DNA of 64,000 bases from Pseudomonadota bacterium (GTDB lineage: Bacteria > Pseudomonadota > Alphaproteobacteria > Rhodobacterales > Rhodobacteraceae). Positions within the stretch are counted from its first letter, which is position 1, and the number at the start of each line of letters is the position of its first letter. Under the pieces are notes generated by a model, which saw nothing but the letters and a program-made list of their open reading frames with translations, did not search any database and was not told the DNA's origin. This document shows positions 17,704 to 26,931 of the stretch, one piece after another. Both the position numbers and the translations under genes were made by a program. The stretch covers positions 158,863-222,862 of the forward strand of contig JBCBHS010000002.1 in assembly GCA_038525395.1 (NCBI GenBank). Reading direction: 5' to 3'.

Positions 17704-19902
17704 TTACGCAGCGGCGGCGGCGTCGGGGTTGAACCGTCCGTAGAACGATTGCCCTTTCTCTGCCATCTCGCGCAGCAGCGGCGGGCACTTGAACCGTTCG
17801 CCATATTTGGCTTCCAGCTGGTCGCACCGTTCGGCGGCGTAGGGCGTGCCGATGATGTCCAGCCAGCTAAGCGGACCGCCCGACCAGGGGGCAAAGCCCC
17901 AGCCCAGGATCGCGCCCACGTCGCCCTCGCGAATGTCCATCAGCACGCCTTCCTCCAGCGCGCGGACCGCTTCGAGCACTTGAGAGAACAGCAGGCGGTG
18001 CTGCACCTCGGTCACCTCGGGTTGGTCATCGGCCAGGGGGTATTTCTCGTTCAACCCCGCCCACAGACCGGTGCGCTTGCCCTTGTCGTCATAGCTGAAA
18101 AAGCCCGCATTCGCCTTGCGGCCCATCCGCCCCTCGGCCTCCAGCCAAAAGATCAGATCGTCGGACGGGCTGTCGGGATAGGCGTCGCCCATCGCGGCCT
18201 TTGTCGCCCGCGCGATCTTGGCGCCGAGGTCAATCGCGGTCTCATCGGTCAGCTGCAAGGGGCCCAGCGGCATGCCCACCAGCTTGGCCGCGTTTTCGAT
18301 CAGCGCGGGTGCCACACCTTCGGTGACCATGCGCGTCCCCTCGTTGATGTAGGGGATGATGCAGCGATTGGCGTAGAAAAAGCGCGCGTCGTTCACGACG
18401 ATGGGCGTCTTGCGGATCTGGCGGACGTAGTCGAGCGCCTTGGCCACCGCCCGGTCGCCGGTCTCCGCGCCCTTGATGATCTCGACAAGCAGCATCTTTT
18501 CCACCGGAGAGAAGAAGTGGATGCCGATGAAGCTGCCGGGGCGCGACGATGCCTTGGCCAGTTCAGAGATCGGCAAGGTCGAGGTGTTGGAGGCAAAGAT
18601 GCAATCCTCGGGGATCACCGCCTCGACCTTTTTGGTGATCTCGGCCTTGACGCTCGGGTCTTCGAACACCGCTTCGATGATCAGGTCACAGCCCGTCAGC
18701 GCGTCCAGGTCGGGCGTGGCGGTGATGCGGGCCAGCAGCGCCTCGGCTTTCTCGGGCGTGGTCTTGCCGCGCTTGATGCCGCCCTCGACATATTTCTGGC
18801 TATAGGCCTTGCCGCGGTCTGCGGCCTCTTGGTCGCGGTCGATCAGCACGACCTCGATCCCCGCCTGGGCCGAGACCAGCGCGATGCCCGCACCCATCAG
18901 GCCCGCGCCCAACACGCCCAGTTTCTGCACCCGTTGGTCAGGCACATCCGCAGGGCGCACAGCGCCTTTTTCAAGCGCTTCTTTGTTGACAAAGAGCGAG
19001 CGGATCATCGCGCCCGAGGACGGGTTCATCAGCACATTGGTGAACCAGCGCGCCTCGATCTTCAGCGCGGTGTCAAAGGGCACAAGCGCACCTTCGTAGA
19101 CCGCGCTCAGCAGGGCCTTGGCCGCCGGATAGACCCCTTGGGTCTTGCCGTTGATCATCGCGCTGGCCCCGACAAAGGTCATAAAGCCCGCCGGGTGGTA
19201 GGGCGCGCCGCCGGGCATCTTGTAACCCTTTTCGTCCCAGGGTTTGACCAGATCGGCGTCCTTGGCGTTCAGGACCCAGTCGCGCGCTGCGGCCACGGGG
19301 TCGGCCACAACCTCGTCCACCAGCGTGCCCTTGGCCTTGTCGGGGCTGACCATCTTGCCCTCCAGCAAGAAGGGCGAGGCGGCCATGGCCCCCAGCTTGC
19401 GTGCAAGCCGCGTCGTGCCGCCCGCGCCGGGAAAGATGCCGACCATGATCTCGGGCAGGCCAACCTTGGCCTTGGGGTTGTCGGCCAGAAAGATGCGGTG
19501 GGTGGCCAGCGGCAGTTCCAGCCCGATGCCAGCCGCGGTGCCGGGCAGGGCGGCCGCGATGGGCTTGCCGCCCTTGTTGGTCTTGGGGTCCATGTTCGCG
19601 CGTTCGATCTTGCGCAGCAGACCGTGCATTTTCATGGTGCCCTCGAACAGGCCGCGCGCCGGGTCGTCGCCTGCGTCTTCCTTCATCTTGGCCAGCAGGT
19701 TCAGGTCCATCCCCCCGGCAAAGCTGTCCTTGCCAGAGGTGATGACCACGCCCTTGACCGCGTCATCGGCCAGCACGTCGTCGATCATCTCGTCCAGCAG
19801 CGCAATGCCTTCAAAGGACATGACGTTCATCGACTTGCCGGGCACGTCCCAGGTGATGGTGGCAACGCCATCGGCGTCCTTGGTCAGTGTAAAGTCGGCC
19901 AT
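17704..19902 (-). CDS. fadB: Fatty-acid oxidation complex alpha subunit (enoyl-CoA hydratase / 3-hydroxyacyl-CoA dehydrogenase)
   Basis: 732 aa. N-terminal crotonase domain (GVVITSGKDSFAGGMDL), central NAD-binding VLGAGLMGAGIA and C-terminal 3HCDH domains. Confidence 0.92.
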   Translation of the reverse strand: MADFTLTKDADGVATITWDVPGKSMNVMSFEGIALLDEMIDDVLADDAVKGVVITSGKDSFAGGMDLNLLAKMKEDAGDDPARGLFEGTMKMHGLLRKIERANMDPKTNKGGKPIAAALPGTAAGIGLELPLATHRIFLADNPKAKVGLPEIMVGIFPGAGGTTRLARKLGAMAASPFLLEGKMVSPDKAKGTLVDEVVADPVAAARDWVLNAKDADLVKPWDEKGYKMPGGAPYHPAGFMTFVGASAMINGKTQGVYPAAKALLSAVYEGALVPFDTALKIEARWFTNVLMNPSSGAMIRSLFVNKEALEKGAVRPADVPDQRVQKLGVLGAGLMGAGIALVSAQAGIEVVLIDRDQEAADRGKAYSQKYVEGGIKRGKTTPEKAEALLARITATPDLDALTGCDLIIEAVFEDPSVKAEITKKVEAVIPEDCIFASNTSTLPISELAKASSRPGSFIGIHFFSPVEKMLLVEIIKGAETGDRAVAKALDYVRQIRKTPIVVNDARFFYANRCIIPYINEGTRMVTEGVAPALIENAAKLVGMPLGPLQLTDETAIDLGAKIARATKAAMGDAYPDSPSDDLIFWLEAEGRMGRKANAGFFSYDDKGKRTGLWAGLNEKYPLADDQPEVTEVQHRLLFSQVLEAVRALEEGVLMDIREGDVGAILGWGFAPWSGGPLSWLDIIGTPYAAERCDQLEAKYGERFKCPPLLREMAEKGQSFYGRFNPDAAAAA

Positions 19903-20843
19903 GATTTGGTCCTTTCTAAGATTTCTCGGTGCGTCGGCAGGGCCTCTGACGGCTCTGGCGCGCGGTAGGGGTAGGCGGCGTTGGACAGGGCGTTGGTCAC
20001 GCTTTTGAGTGCCCAGGTCACGCCGCGGCGTTTCAGGATCATCCGGGATTTGATGGGGGCCAGCGCCGCCGTCCCGTCTTTGATAAAGTGGCTGGTGTGG
20101 TAGCCGCAGATCAGGTCAGAGCCGAGGAATTCGGCCTGGCTCGCGCGCCGCTGAAAGTCGTCGGCCTTTCCGCTGGTGATCATGTCGACGGTCATGTCAA
20201 AGAACGGGCGCACGTCCTCGGGCGTGCGCAGCAGCGTGTCCTGCGCGTCGATGTGCGAGGTATAGGGCAAGCCGCAAAGCGCGATATAGGCGTCAAAATC
20301 CTTGCTCAGCGTGGCGTCGGTCAGCCGGTCCAGGAACGTCTGGTACAGCGCCAGCGGCTCTGCCGCACTGCGCCGGGCGTCTTGGGCGTGGGTGCCGGTG
20401 TCCACGGCGCCCGCTTCGGCCACGCGCAGCATGTCCACCGGCCAGTGCCGGGCGGTGGACAGGTTGCTGACCAGTTCCACCATGCGCCATTGCCCGTCCA
20501 TCAGCCGCAAGACCATGCGGTTGTCATAGCTTGGCACCATGGCGGTGGCGTTGCGCAGGGCGTGGGTCACGTAGTGGCCTTCGAGGTAGTGATCGTTCAG
20601 GTATTCGGCATCGGTGACCAGGCGGATAAAGTGGTTAACGCCCAGCCCCTGCAGTGAGGCGGTAAAGGCGGTGACGCCGCGCGCGGCGTCAGCCTCGGTC
20701 TCGATGATCAGGTCCAGGTCAGAGGTGACCCGGCGGTAGGGCAGGGCGACCGTGTCTCGCATGGCCTTGGCGTCCCCTGCGAGCAGTGCGGCGGACTGGA
20801 CATCCAGCACCTGCTGCATTTGTGTCATCGCGTCCATCCGCAT
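19884..20843 (-). CDS. Hypothetical protein made of two tandem NTF2-like repeats, inserted between fadA and fadB
   Basis: 319 aa. ATG 20843 has a strong SD (AGGGAGGG, ~8 nt). The two halves have parallel layouts (LLAGDAKAMRDTVALPY... / LSKDFDAYIALCGLPY...). The 3' end overlaps the fadB start by 19 nt. The fold call is inference. Confidence 0.6.
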   Translation of the reverse strand: MRMDAMTQMQQVLDVQSAALLAGDAKAMRDTVALPYRRVTSDLDLIIETEADAARGVTAFTASLQGLGVNHFIRLVTDAEYLNDHYLEGHYVTHALRNATAMVPSYDNRMVLRLMDGQWRMVELVSNLSTARHWPVDMLRVAEAGAVDTGTHAQDARRSAAEPLALYQTFLDRLTDATLSKDFDAYIALCGLPYTSHIDAQDTLLRTPEDVRPFFDMTVDMITSGKADDFQRRASQAEFLGSDLICGYHTSHFIKDGTAALAPIKSRMILKRRGVTWALKSVTNALSNAAYPYRAPEPSEALPTHREILERTKSWPTLH

Positions 20844-20879
20844 GGCGACCGCCCTCCCTATTGGCCCGGTGGGCCTGTG

Positions 20880-22091
20880 CTAGACCCTTTCGATAATCGT
20901 GGCCGCCCCCATCCCGGATGCAATGCACAAGGTGGCAAGGCCCACCTCTTTGTCGGCGCGCTCCAGCTCGTCCAGCAGGGTGCCGATGATCATCGCCCCC
21001 GTGGCGCCCAGCGGGTGGCCCATCGCAATCGAGCCCCCGTTCACGTTCACCTTATCGTGGTCCACGTCAAAGGCCTGCATAAAGCGCAGGACGACACTGG
21101 CAAAGGCTTCGTTCACCTCAAAAAGGTCGATGTCGCCGATGTCCATGCCGGTGTCGGCCAGGATCTTTTGGGTCACCGGCACGGGGCCGGTCAGCATGAT
21201 GGTCGGATCGGTCCCGATCTTGGCGGTGGCGCGGATGCGGGCGCGGGGCGTCAGGCCCCACTTTTCGCCAAATTCCTTGTTGCCGATCAGCACAGCCGCG
21301 GCCCCGTCCACGATCCCGCTGGAGTTGCCCGCGTGGTGGATGTGGTTGATCTTTTCCAGGTGCGGGTACTTCATCAGCGCGACCTTGTCGAAACCGGGCA
21401 TGACCTCGCCCATCGCCTGGAAGGCGGGGTTCAGGCCGCCCAGGCTTTGCATATCGGTCTGCGGGCGCATATATTCGTCGTGGTCCAGGATGGTCAGCCC
21501 GTTCTGGTCCTTGATCTCGATCACGGATTTGGCAAAACGGCCGTCGTCCCAGGCGGCCTTGGCGCGCTGCTGGCTGGCCATGGCCAGCGCGTCGGCGTCA
21601 TCGCGGCTGAACCCGTATTCGGTGGCGATGATGTCGGCGCTGATGCCCTGGGGCACGAAATAGCTCTCCATGGCCAGGCTGGGGTCCACGGCAATCGCCG
21701 CCCCGTCCGAGCCCATGGCGACCCGGCCCATCATCTCGACCCCGCCGGCGATATAGGCATCACCGGCCCCGCCGCGCACCTGGTTGGCGGCGAGGTTCAC
21801 CGCCTCCATCCCGCTGGCGCAAAAGCGGTTGATGGCCAGGCCCGGGATCGACTGGTCGAGGTCCGAGGCCAGCACCGCCGAGCGTGCCAGACAGCCGCCC
21901 TGCTCCATCACCTGGGTGACGTTGCCCCAGATCACGTCCTCGACCGCGTGGCCGTCCAGGTTGTTGCGCGCCTTGACCGCATTGAGCGTTTGCGCGCTGA
22001 GGCGCAGGGCGGTGACCTCGTGCAGGCTGCCGTCCTTGCGGCCCTTGCCGCGCGGGGTGCGCAGCGCGTCGTAGATATAGGCTTCGGTCAT
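20880..22091 (-). CDS. fadA: Acetyl-CoA C-acyltransferase (3-ketoacyl-CoA thiolase)
   Basis: 403 aa. Thiolase active-site contexts NRFCASGMEA (Cys) and the C-terminal GLATLCIASGMG are present. Confidence 0.93.
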   Translation of the reverse strand: MTEAYIYDALRTPRGKGRKDGSLHEVTALRLSAQTLNAVKARNNLDGHAVEDVIWGNVTQVMEQGGCLARSAVLASDLDQSIPGLAINRFCASGMEAVNLAANQVRGGAGDAYIAGGVEMMGRVAMGSDGAAIAVDPSLAMESYFVPQGISADIIATEYGFSRDDADALAMASQQRAKAAWDDGRFAKSVIEIKDQNGLTILDHDEYMRPQTDMQSLGGLNPAFQAMGEVMPGFDKVALMKYPHLEKINHIHHAGNSSGIVDGAAAVLIGNKEFGEKWGLTPRARIRATAKIGTDPTIMLTGPVPVTQKILADTGMDIGDIDLFEVNEAFASVVLRFMQAFDVDHDKVNVNGGSIAMGHPLGATGAMIIGTLLDELERADKEVGLATLCIASGMGAATIIERV

Positions 22092-22162
22092 GGATTTCGT
22101 CCTTTTGCCAGGGGCGTCGTGTTGGCTCTTAGGTGGGATAGACCGCTTGGTCCATTCAAGGG

Positions 22163-22180
22163 TGACGTTGCGGCGTGTCA
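22163..22180. promoter_or_regulatory. Weak candidate operator upstream of fadA (TGACG-N8-TGTCA)
   Basis: TGACGTTGCGGCGTGTCA lies 72-89 nt upstream of the fadA ATG. It shares ACGTTGCG with the TGACG/CGTCA array at 26.93-27.0 kb. Confidence 0.3.
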
Positions 22181-22187
22181 GGTAAAC

Positions 22188-22820
22188 TTATGCACGATCG
22201 GCGGGCGAGCCGGGCATGAGGTCATAGGGGGCCTTCCAGCCAGGGGTCTGCGCGATGTTGCCCAACCAGCGGTCGATATTGGGCCAATCGGCCCGGTCAA
22301 AGCCAAACGGCTCGGGGTAAAAGAGATATCCGCAACAACTGAGATCAGCATTGGTCAGCCCATCGCCCACGATCCAATCGCGCCCCGCAAGATGCGCGTC
22401 GAGCATGGTGTAGGCCCCTTTAAGCCGCCCCTGGTGAAAGGCGATCACCTCGGCGGGCCGCTTATCCTCGGGCAGAAAGTTCATCAAAAACCGCGTGACG
22501 CCGCACATCGACGACAGCTTGTGATTGTCCCACAGCACCCAGCGCAGCACCTCGTATCGGTCGTCGCCGGTGCCACCAAACTTGCCGGTCTTGTCGGTGA
22601 TGTATTGCTGGATCACCCCCGACTGGCTGATCCGTGTGTCCCCGTCGATCAGCAGCGGCGCCTCGCCCATCGGGTTCAGGGCGCGGTACTCGTCACTGCG
22701 CGCAGCCCCATTGAAGAAATCGACAAAGACGGGCGCCCAGTCCAGGCCCGACAGCTCCAGCGCGAGGGCCGCCTTGTAGGAATTTCCGCTTTCGCCAAAG
22801 CAGTGCAATTTGAGGGTCAT
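22188..22820 (-). CDS. Glutathione S-transferase
   Basis: ATG 22820 (MTLKLHCFGESGNSYKAALALE...). 210 aa. Thioredoxin-like N-domain and GST C-domain. Confidence 0.88.
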   Translation of the reverse strand: MTLKLHCFGESGNSYKAALALELSGLDWAPVFVDFFNGAARSDEYRALNPMGEAPLLIDGDTRISQSGVIQQYITDKTGKFGGTGDDRYEVLRWVLWDNHKLSSMCGVTRFLMNFLPEDKRPAEVIAFHQGRLKGAYTMLDAHLAGRDWIVGDGLTNADLSCCGYLFYPEPFGFDRADWPNIDRWLGNIAQTPGWKAPYDLMPGSPADRA

Positions 22821-22883
22821 GGGCGCGGGCCTTTCTGATTGTCCGTGTTGGATCGGCAGGACCGGGGGTTTCACACCCCCGGA

Positions 22884-23086
22884 CCCCCGTGGAGTTTACT
22901 CGGCAAGATGAGAAGAGCTTTGTTCACCAAGCATTAAGGTTAACGCGGCTACGCTCGGGGGGCATGGCAGGCTGGAGAGCTGAGCCATGTGCAAGGTGAC
23001 GCTCTGCTTCCTCAGCCTCGGCGGATGCCGCCTGTTGGAAGCAGGGCGGAGCTGCTCTTTCATCTTGCCAGATAAACTCCCCCCGG
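22884..23086. repeat. About 200-bp inverted-repeat (MITE-like or structured RNA) element, copy R2 of the intergenic repeat family
   Basis: Left arm CCCCCGTGGAGTTTACTCGGCAAGATGAGAAGAGC (22884-22918). Right arm GCTGCTCTTTCATCTTGCCAGATAAACTCCCCCCGG (23051-23086). The arms are imperfect reverse complements (about 5 differences). The ~130-nt core contains further stems (GCATGGC/GCCATG; GCTTCC/GGAAGC around GGCGG-atg-CCGCC). No plausible ORF. Confidence 0.6.
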
Positions 23087-23122
23087 AGGGCCGATCTGCC
23101 ATGCAGCCGTGCGCAGGACGCA

Positions 23123-24280
23123 TCAAAATGCCCTCGCAATCAGCTCTTTCATGATCTCATTGGTGCCGCCATAGATGCGTTGCACCCGCGCGTCGGTCCA
23201 CATGCCCCCGATGTCGTAGTCGTTGGTAAAGCCATAGCCGCCGTGCAGCTGCAGGCATTCGTCCAGCACCCAGGCTTGCGTGTCGGTGGTCCAGTATTTG
23301 CACATGGCCGCCTTGTCGACCGTCAGCGCGCCTTGGAGGTGTTCGGCCATGCATGCGTCAAAGAAGGCGCGGCTGACCATGGTTTTGGTCTTGGCCTCGG
23401 CCAGTTTGAAGCGTGTGTTCTGGAACTGCAGAAGGTTGCCGCCAAAGGCTTCGCGGTCTTTGCAGTAGGCCAGGGTGCGCGCGACCGCGCCTTCCATCGC
23501 GCCGACAGCGGCGCAGGCGATGACCAGGCGTTCTTGCGGCAATTGCTGCATGAGCTGGTAAAAGCCTTGGCCTTCGACGCCGCCCAGAATGTTCTCGGGC
23601 GCGATGTCGACAGTGTCGAAGAACAGCTCGGACGTGTCCGAGGCGTGCATGCCGATCTTGTCGAGGTTGCGGCCGCGGGCAAAGCCGTCAGCGCCATCGG
23701 TTTCGACGACAACCAGGGACACGCCTTTGGAGCCCAGCGCAGGATCGGTCTTGGCCGCCACGATGATGAGGTTGGCGTGCTGGCCGTTGGTGATAAAGGT
23801 TTTGGAGCCGGTCAGCTTGTAGGCGTTGCCGTCGCGGATCGCGCGGGTCTTGATCGCTTGCACATCCGATCCGGTCGAGGGTTCGGTCATCGCCAGCGCG
23901 CCCACCAGGTCCCCGGTACAGAGCTTGGGCAGCCAGCGCGCCTTTTGATCATCGGTGCCATAGGCCAGCACGTAATGCGCGACGATGCCCGAATGGATGC
24001 CGTGGCCCCAGCTGGCCAGGTTCGCGCGGGCGGCTTCGATCAGGATCGCGGCTTCGTGCCCAAAATCGCCGCCCGCGCCGCCGTATTCTTCGGGGATCGA
24101 AGGGCAAAGCAGACCCAGCGCACCGGCTTGGGTCCAGGTCGACCGGTCCATCTGGCCGTCTTTGCGCCACCGCTCGAAATGGGGCGCCCATTCATTGGTG
24201 ATGAACTGCGCCGTCATGTCGGCGATCATCTTATGCTCGTCCGTCATCCACATGGATGGCTCGGTGGCGATGTCCTTCAT
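23123..24280 (-). CDS. Acyl-CoA dehydrogenase (385 aa, short/medium-chain type)
   Basis: Full-length ACAD layout. C-terminal [14 protein letters not shown]-type motif ([17 protein letters not shown]). Confidence 0.92.
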   Translation of the reverse strand: MKDIATEPSMWMTDEHKMIADMTAQFITNEWAPHFERWRKDGQMDRSTWTQAGALGLLCPSIPEEYGGAGGDFGHEAAILIEAARANLASWGHGIHSGIVAHYVLAYGTDDQKARWLPKLCTGDLVGALAMTEPSTGSDVQAIKTRAIRDGNAYKLTGSKTFITNGQHANLIIVAAKTDPALGSKGVSLVVVETDGADGFARGRNLDKIGMHASDTSELFFDTVDIAPENILGGVEGQGFYQLMQQLPQERLVIACAAVGAMEGAVARTLAYCKDREAFGGNLLQFQNTRFKLAEAKTKTMVSRAFFDACMAEHLQGALTVDKAAMCKYWTTDTQAWVLDECLQLHGGYGFTNDYDIGGMWTDARVQRIYGGTNEIMKELIARAF

Positions 24281-24301
24281 CTCTCTCCTCCCCAGAAGAT
24301 A

Positions 24302-24514
24302 TCAGCGTTTGCGCGCCTCCAGCTCGGCGTTGAACAGGCGCAGGCGCGCGGTGAGGTTTTCCTCATGCGTCACGCTCTCGAAGTTTTCGAACAGAAAGGA
24401 CAGCGCCTCGCCCTCGTCCAACCCCGCCTCGGACGCAAACCGTTTGAGCCTGCGATAGCCGTCTTCGGTCATGGCCACGGGAAAGCGGCGGGTCAGGCGA
24501 AAGCGTTTGGGCAT
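24302..24514 (-). CDS. Small (70 aa) ribbon-helix-helix-like protein between two acyl-CoA dehydrogenase genes; hypothetical
   Basis: ATG 24514 with SD GGAGGGA. MPKRFRLTRRFPVAMTEDGYRRLKRFASEAGLDEGEALSFLFENFES... fits a beta-strand then two-helix RHH pattern. 21-nt gap to the downstream acd. The fold call is inference. Confidence 0.5.
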   Translation of the reverse strand: MPKRFRLTRRFPVAMTEDGYRRLKRFASEAGLDEGEALSFLFENFESVTHEENLTARLRLFNAELEARKR

Positions 24515-24596
24515 GATCCCTCCGGGTCGTAAGGTGCGCGGTCCCCGCGCACCGCCAGCTAAGACGTGGGTGCGCGGTTCCCCGCGCACCATCAGC

Positions 24597-26378
24597 TTAG
24601 AAGTTTGCAGCCTCCAGCGCCATCACCGTCTCTGCCCCGGACTGAATGCGTGTCAGGTGCAGGGCCGTGGCGGGCAGTTGCCGCGCCATGTAATAGCGGC
24701 CCGTCGCCAGCTTGGTCTCATAGAACTCTGCGTCGGACGTCCCGTTGGCCAGCGCGTCGCGCGACGCCTTGCCCATCTTGGCCCACATCAGGCCCAGGCA
24801 GACATGGCCGAACATGTGCATAAAGTCATAGCTGCCGCTCAGCGCGTTGTTCGGGTTCGTCATGCCGTTCTGCATAAAGTACATGCCCGCGGCTTGCAGG
24901 TCTTTCGAGGCGGCCTTGAGCGGGTCAAGGAACTCTTTGTCGAAGGCCGCGTCCTGACCGGCATTGTCCTTGATGAAGCTTTTGACCAGGTCAAAGAAGG
25001 CCATCACGTGCTTGCCACCGTCCTGCGCCAGCTTGCGGCCCACCAGGTCCAGCGCCTGCACGCCGTTGGCGCCTTCGTAGATCATCGCGATGCGGGCGTC
25101 GCGGGTGTATTGCGACATGCCCCATTCCTCGATGTAGCCGTGGCCGCCATAGACCTGCTGCGCCTTGATCGTGTTGTCATAGCCCACGTCGGTGAGGAAG
25201 CCCTTGATGATCGGGGTCAGCAGCGACACGAGGCCGTCGGCATCCTTGTCGCCCTTGCGGTGGGCGGCATCAATCAGGGTGGCGCCCCATAGGATGAACG
25301 CGCGCGCGCCTTCGGCAAAGCTTTTCTGGTCCATCAGCGAGCGGCGGATGTCAGGATGCACGATCAGCGGGTCGGCAGGCCCTTCGGGGTTCTTCACGCC
25401 GGTCACGTCGCGGCCTTGCAGCCGGTCCTTGGCGTAGTCCAGCGCGTTTTGATAGGCGACCTCGGCCTGGCTGAGGCCCTGCATGCCCACGCCCAGGCGC
25501 GCCTCGTTCATCATGGTGAACATGGCGCGCATGCCCTTGTGCTCTTCGCCCACCAGATAGCCCACGGCGTCGTCATAGTTCATCACGCAGGTCGAATTGC
25601 CGTGAATGCCCATCTTTTCTTCGATGCTGCCCACAGACACCCCATTGCGCGCGCCCAGGGAGCCATCGTCGTTTACGCATATTTTTGGAACAATGAAGAG
25701 CGAGACGCCCTTGATGCCCTCGGGGCCGCCTTCGATCTTGGCCAGCACCAGGTGGATGATGTTTTCGGCCATGTCGTGTTCACCGGCAGAGATAAAGATC
25801 TTTTGCCCGGTGATCCGGTAGGTGCCGTCAGCCTGCGGGGCCGCCTTGGTGCGCATCAGGCCCAGGTCGGTGCCGCAATGCGGTTCGGTCAGGTTCATGG
25901 TGCCGGTCCATTCGCAGGACACCATCTTGGGCAGGTAGGTTTCCTTCTGCGCCTGGCTGCCGTGCGCAAGGATCGCCGAGGCGGCGCCGTGGGTCAGGCC
26001 CTGGTACATGGTAAAGGCCATGTTGGCCGAGGAAAACATCTCGCCCACCGCTTGGCCGATGACGACGGGCATGTTCTGGCCGCCAAACTCTTCGGGCATG
26101 TCCAGACCGGGCCAGCCGCCCTCTTTCACCTGGGCAAAGGCGTCTTTGAAGCCTGTGGGCGTATAGACCACCCCGTTTTCCAGGCGGCAGCCTTCCTTGT
26201 CGCCCACGACGTTCAGCGGGGCCAGGACCTCGGTGGTCAGTTTGCCCGCCTCTTCGAGGATCGCGGATGTGAAATCCGCCTCAAGCTCGTCATAGCCGGG
26301 GATGTCGCTGGCGGTGACGTTCAGCATCTCGTGCAGGATGAACTGCATGTCCTTTGTGGGGGGGGTGTAGCTGGGCAT
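24597..26378 (-). CDS. Large acyl-CoA dehydrogenase (593 aa, ACAD core plus C-terminal extension domain)
   Basis: ATG 26378 (SD GGAGAGAGA). [19 protein letters not shown]..., [10 protein letters not shown] motif, extended C-terminal domain typical of the ~600-aa FadE-like ACADs. Confidence 0.9.
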   Translation of the reverse strand: MPSYTPPTKDMQFILHEMLNVTASDIPGYDELEADFTSAILEEAGKLTTEVLAPLNVVGDKEGCRLENGVVYTPTGFKDAFAQVKEGGWPGLDMPEEFGGQNMPVVIGQAVGEMFSSANMAFTMYQGLTHGAASAILAHGSQAQKETYLPKMVSCEWTGTMNLTEPHCGTDLGLMRTKAAPQADGTYRITGQKIFISAGEHDMAENIIHLVLAKIEGGPEGIKGVSLFIVPKICVNDDGSLGARNGVSVGSIEEKMGIHGNSTCVMNYDDAVGYLVGEEHKGMRAMFTMMNEARLGVGMQGLSQAEVAYQNALDYAKDRLQGRDVTGVKNPEGPADPLIVHPDIRRSLMDQKSFAEGARAFILWGATLIDAAHRKGDKDADGLVSLLTPIIKGFLTDVGYDNTIKAQQVYGGHGYIEEWGMSQYTRDARIAMIYEGANGVQALDLVGRKLAQDGGKHVMAFFDLVKSFIKDNAGQDAAFDKEFLDPLKAASKDLQAAGMYFMQNGMTNPNNALSGSYDFMHMFGHVCLGLMWAKMGKASRDALANGTSDAEFYETKLATGRYYMARQLPATALHLTRIQSGAETVMALEAANF

Positions 26379-26462
26379 AAGTCTCTCTCCCTTGGTCTGG
26401 TGCTGTCCCTTGGGGGGCAGCATGAGGCGTAAGACCGCGCGCGGCGATCCTGTCGGGGCCGC

Positions 26463-26864
26463 CTATTCAGCGGCCTTTTTGGTCGTGTTCATCGAGGCAA
26501 GCATCTTTTCGCCCCATTTCAGCTGGTTTTTCAGGTCGTCAATCGCTTCGGTCAGCTCGTCGCGCTGGCGCACCATCTCGGCCAGCCGGTCGCGGGCGAT
26601 GTCATAGGTGCGCGCCAACTGGGTCTGCTGCTGGTCGCCCATGTCGTAAAGGTCCAGAAGCTGGCGGATTTCTTCGAGGCTGAAGCCGAACCGTTTGCCG
26701 CGCAGGATCAGTTTCAGCCGCGCGCGGTCGCGCTTGGTGAACAGGCGCTTTTGGCCCTCGCGGACGGGGAACAACAGCTCTTTGGCTTCGTAAAATCGCA
26801 GGGTCCGCGGTGTGACGTCAAAGGCGTCGCACATTTCGCGGATGGTCATCGTTTTCTCACTCAT
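26463..26864 (-). CDS. MerR-family transcriptional regulator (paralogue 1), heads the acd operon
   Basis: HTH segment [26 protein letters not shown] and a coiled-coil C-terminus. The start could be 26864 or 26849. Confidence 0.88.
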   Translation of the reverse strand: MSEKTMTIREMCDAFDVTPRTLRFYEAKELLFPVREGQKRLFTKRDRARLKLILRGKRFGFSLEEIRQLLDLYDMGDQQQTQLARTYDIARDRLAEMVRQRDELTEAIDDLKNQLKWGEKMLASMNTTKKAAE

Positions 26865-26931
26865 CGAACTACTCACATATCCGGTTGCGACCAGCACATG
26901 GCAATCTGAGCGTGTGGATGCAACAGGCGCA

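Noticed and set aside
22884-23086. Whether the structured 200-bp element is a known housekeeping RNA (SRP/4.5S, 6S, tmRNA or RNase P).
   Set aside because: I could not find the conserved SRP domain IV motif (…GGUCCGGAAGGAAGCAGC…) or other hallmark sequences. The terminal arms belong to a dispersed repeat family, which favours a repeat or MITE interpretation. It is kept as an open finding, not called as a named ncRNA.
26463-26864. Naming the MerR regulator LiuR and asserting its published operator.
   Set aside because: I cannot reliably recall the LiuR consensus for this lineage, and the adjacent genes are generic acyl-CoA dehydrogenases rather than liu/ivd genes. I report only the observed dyads.
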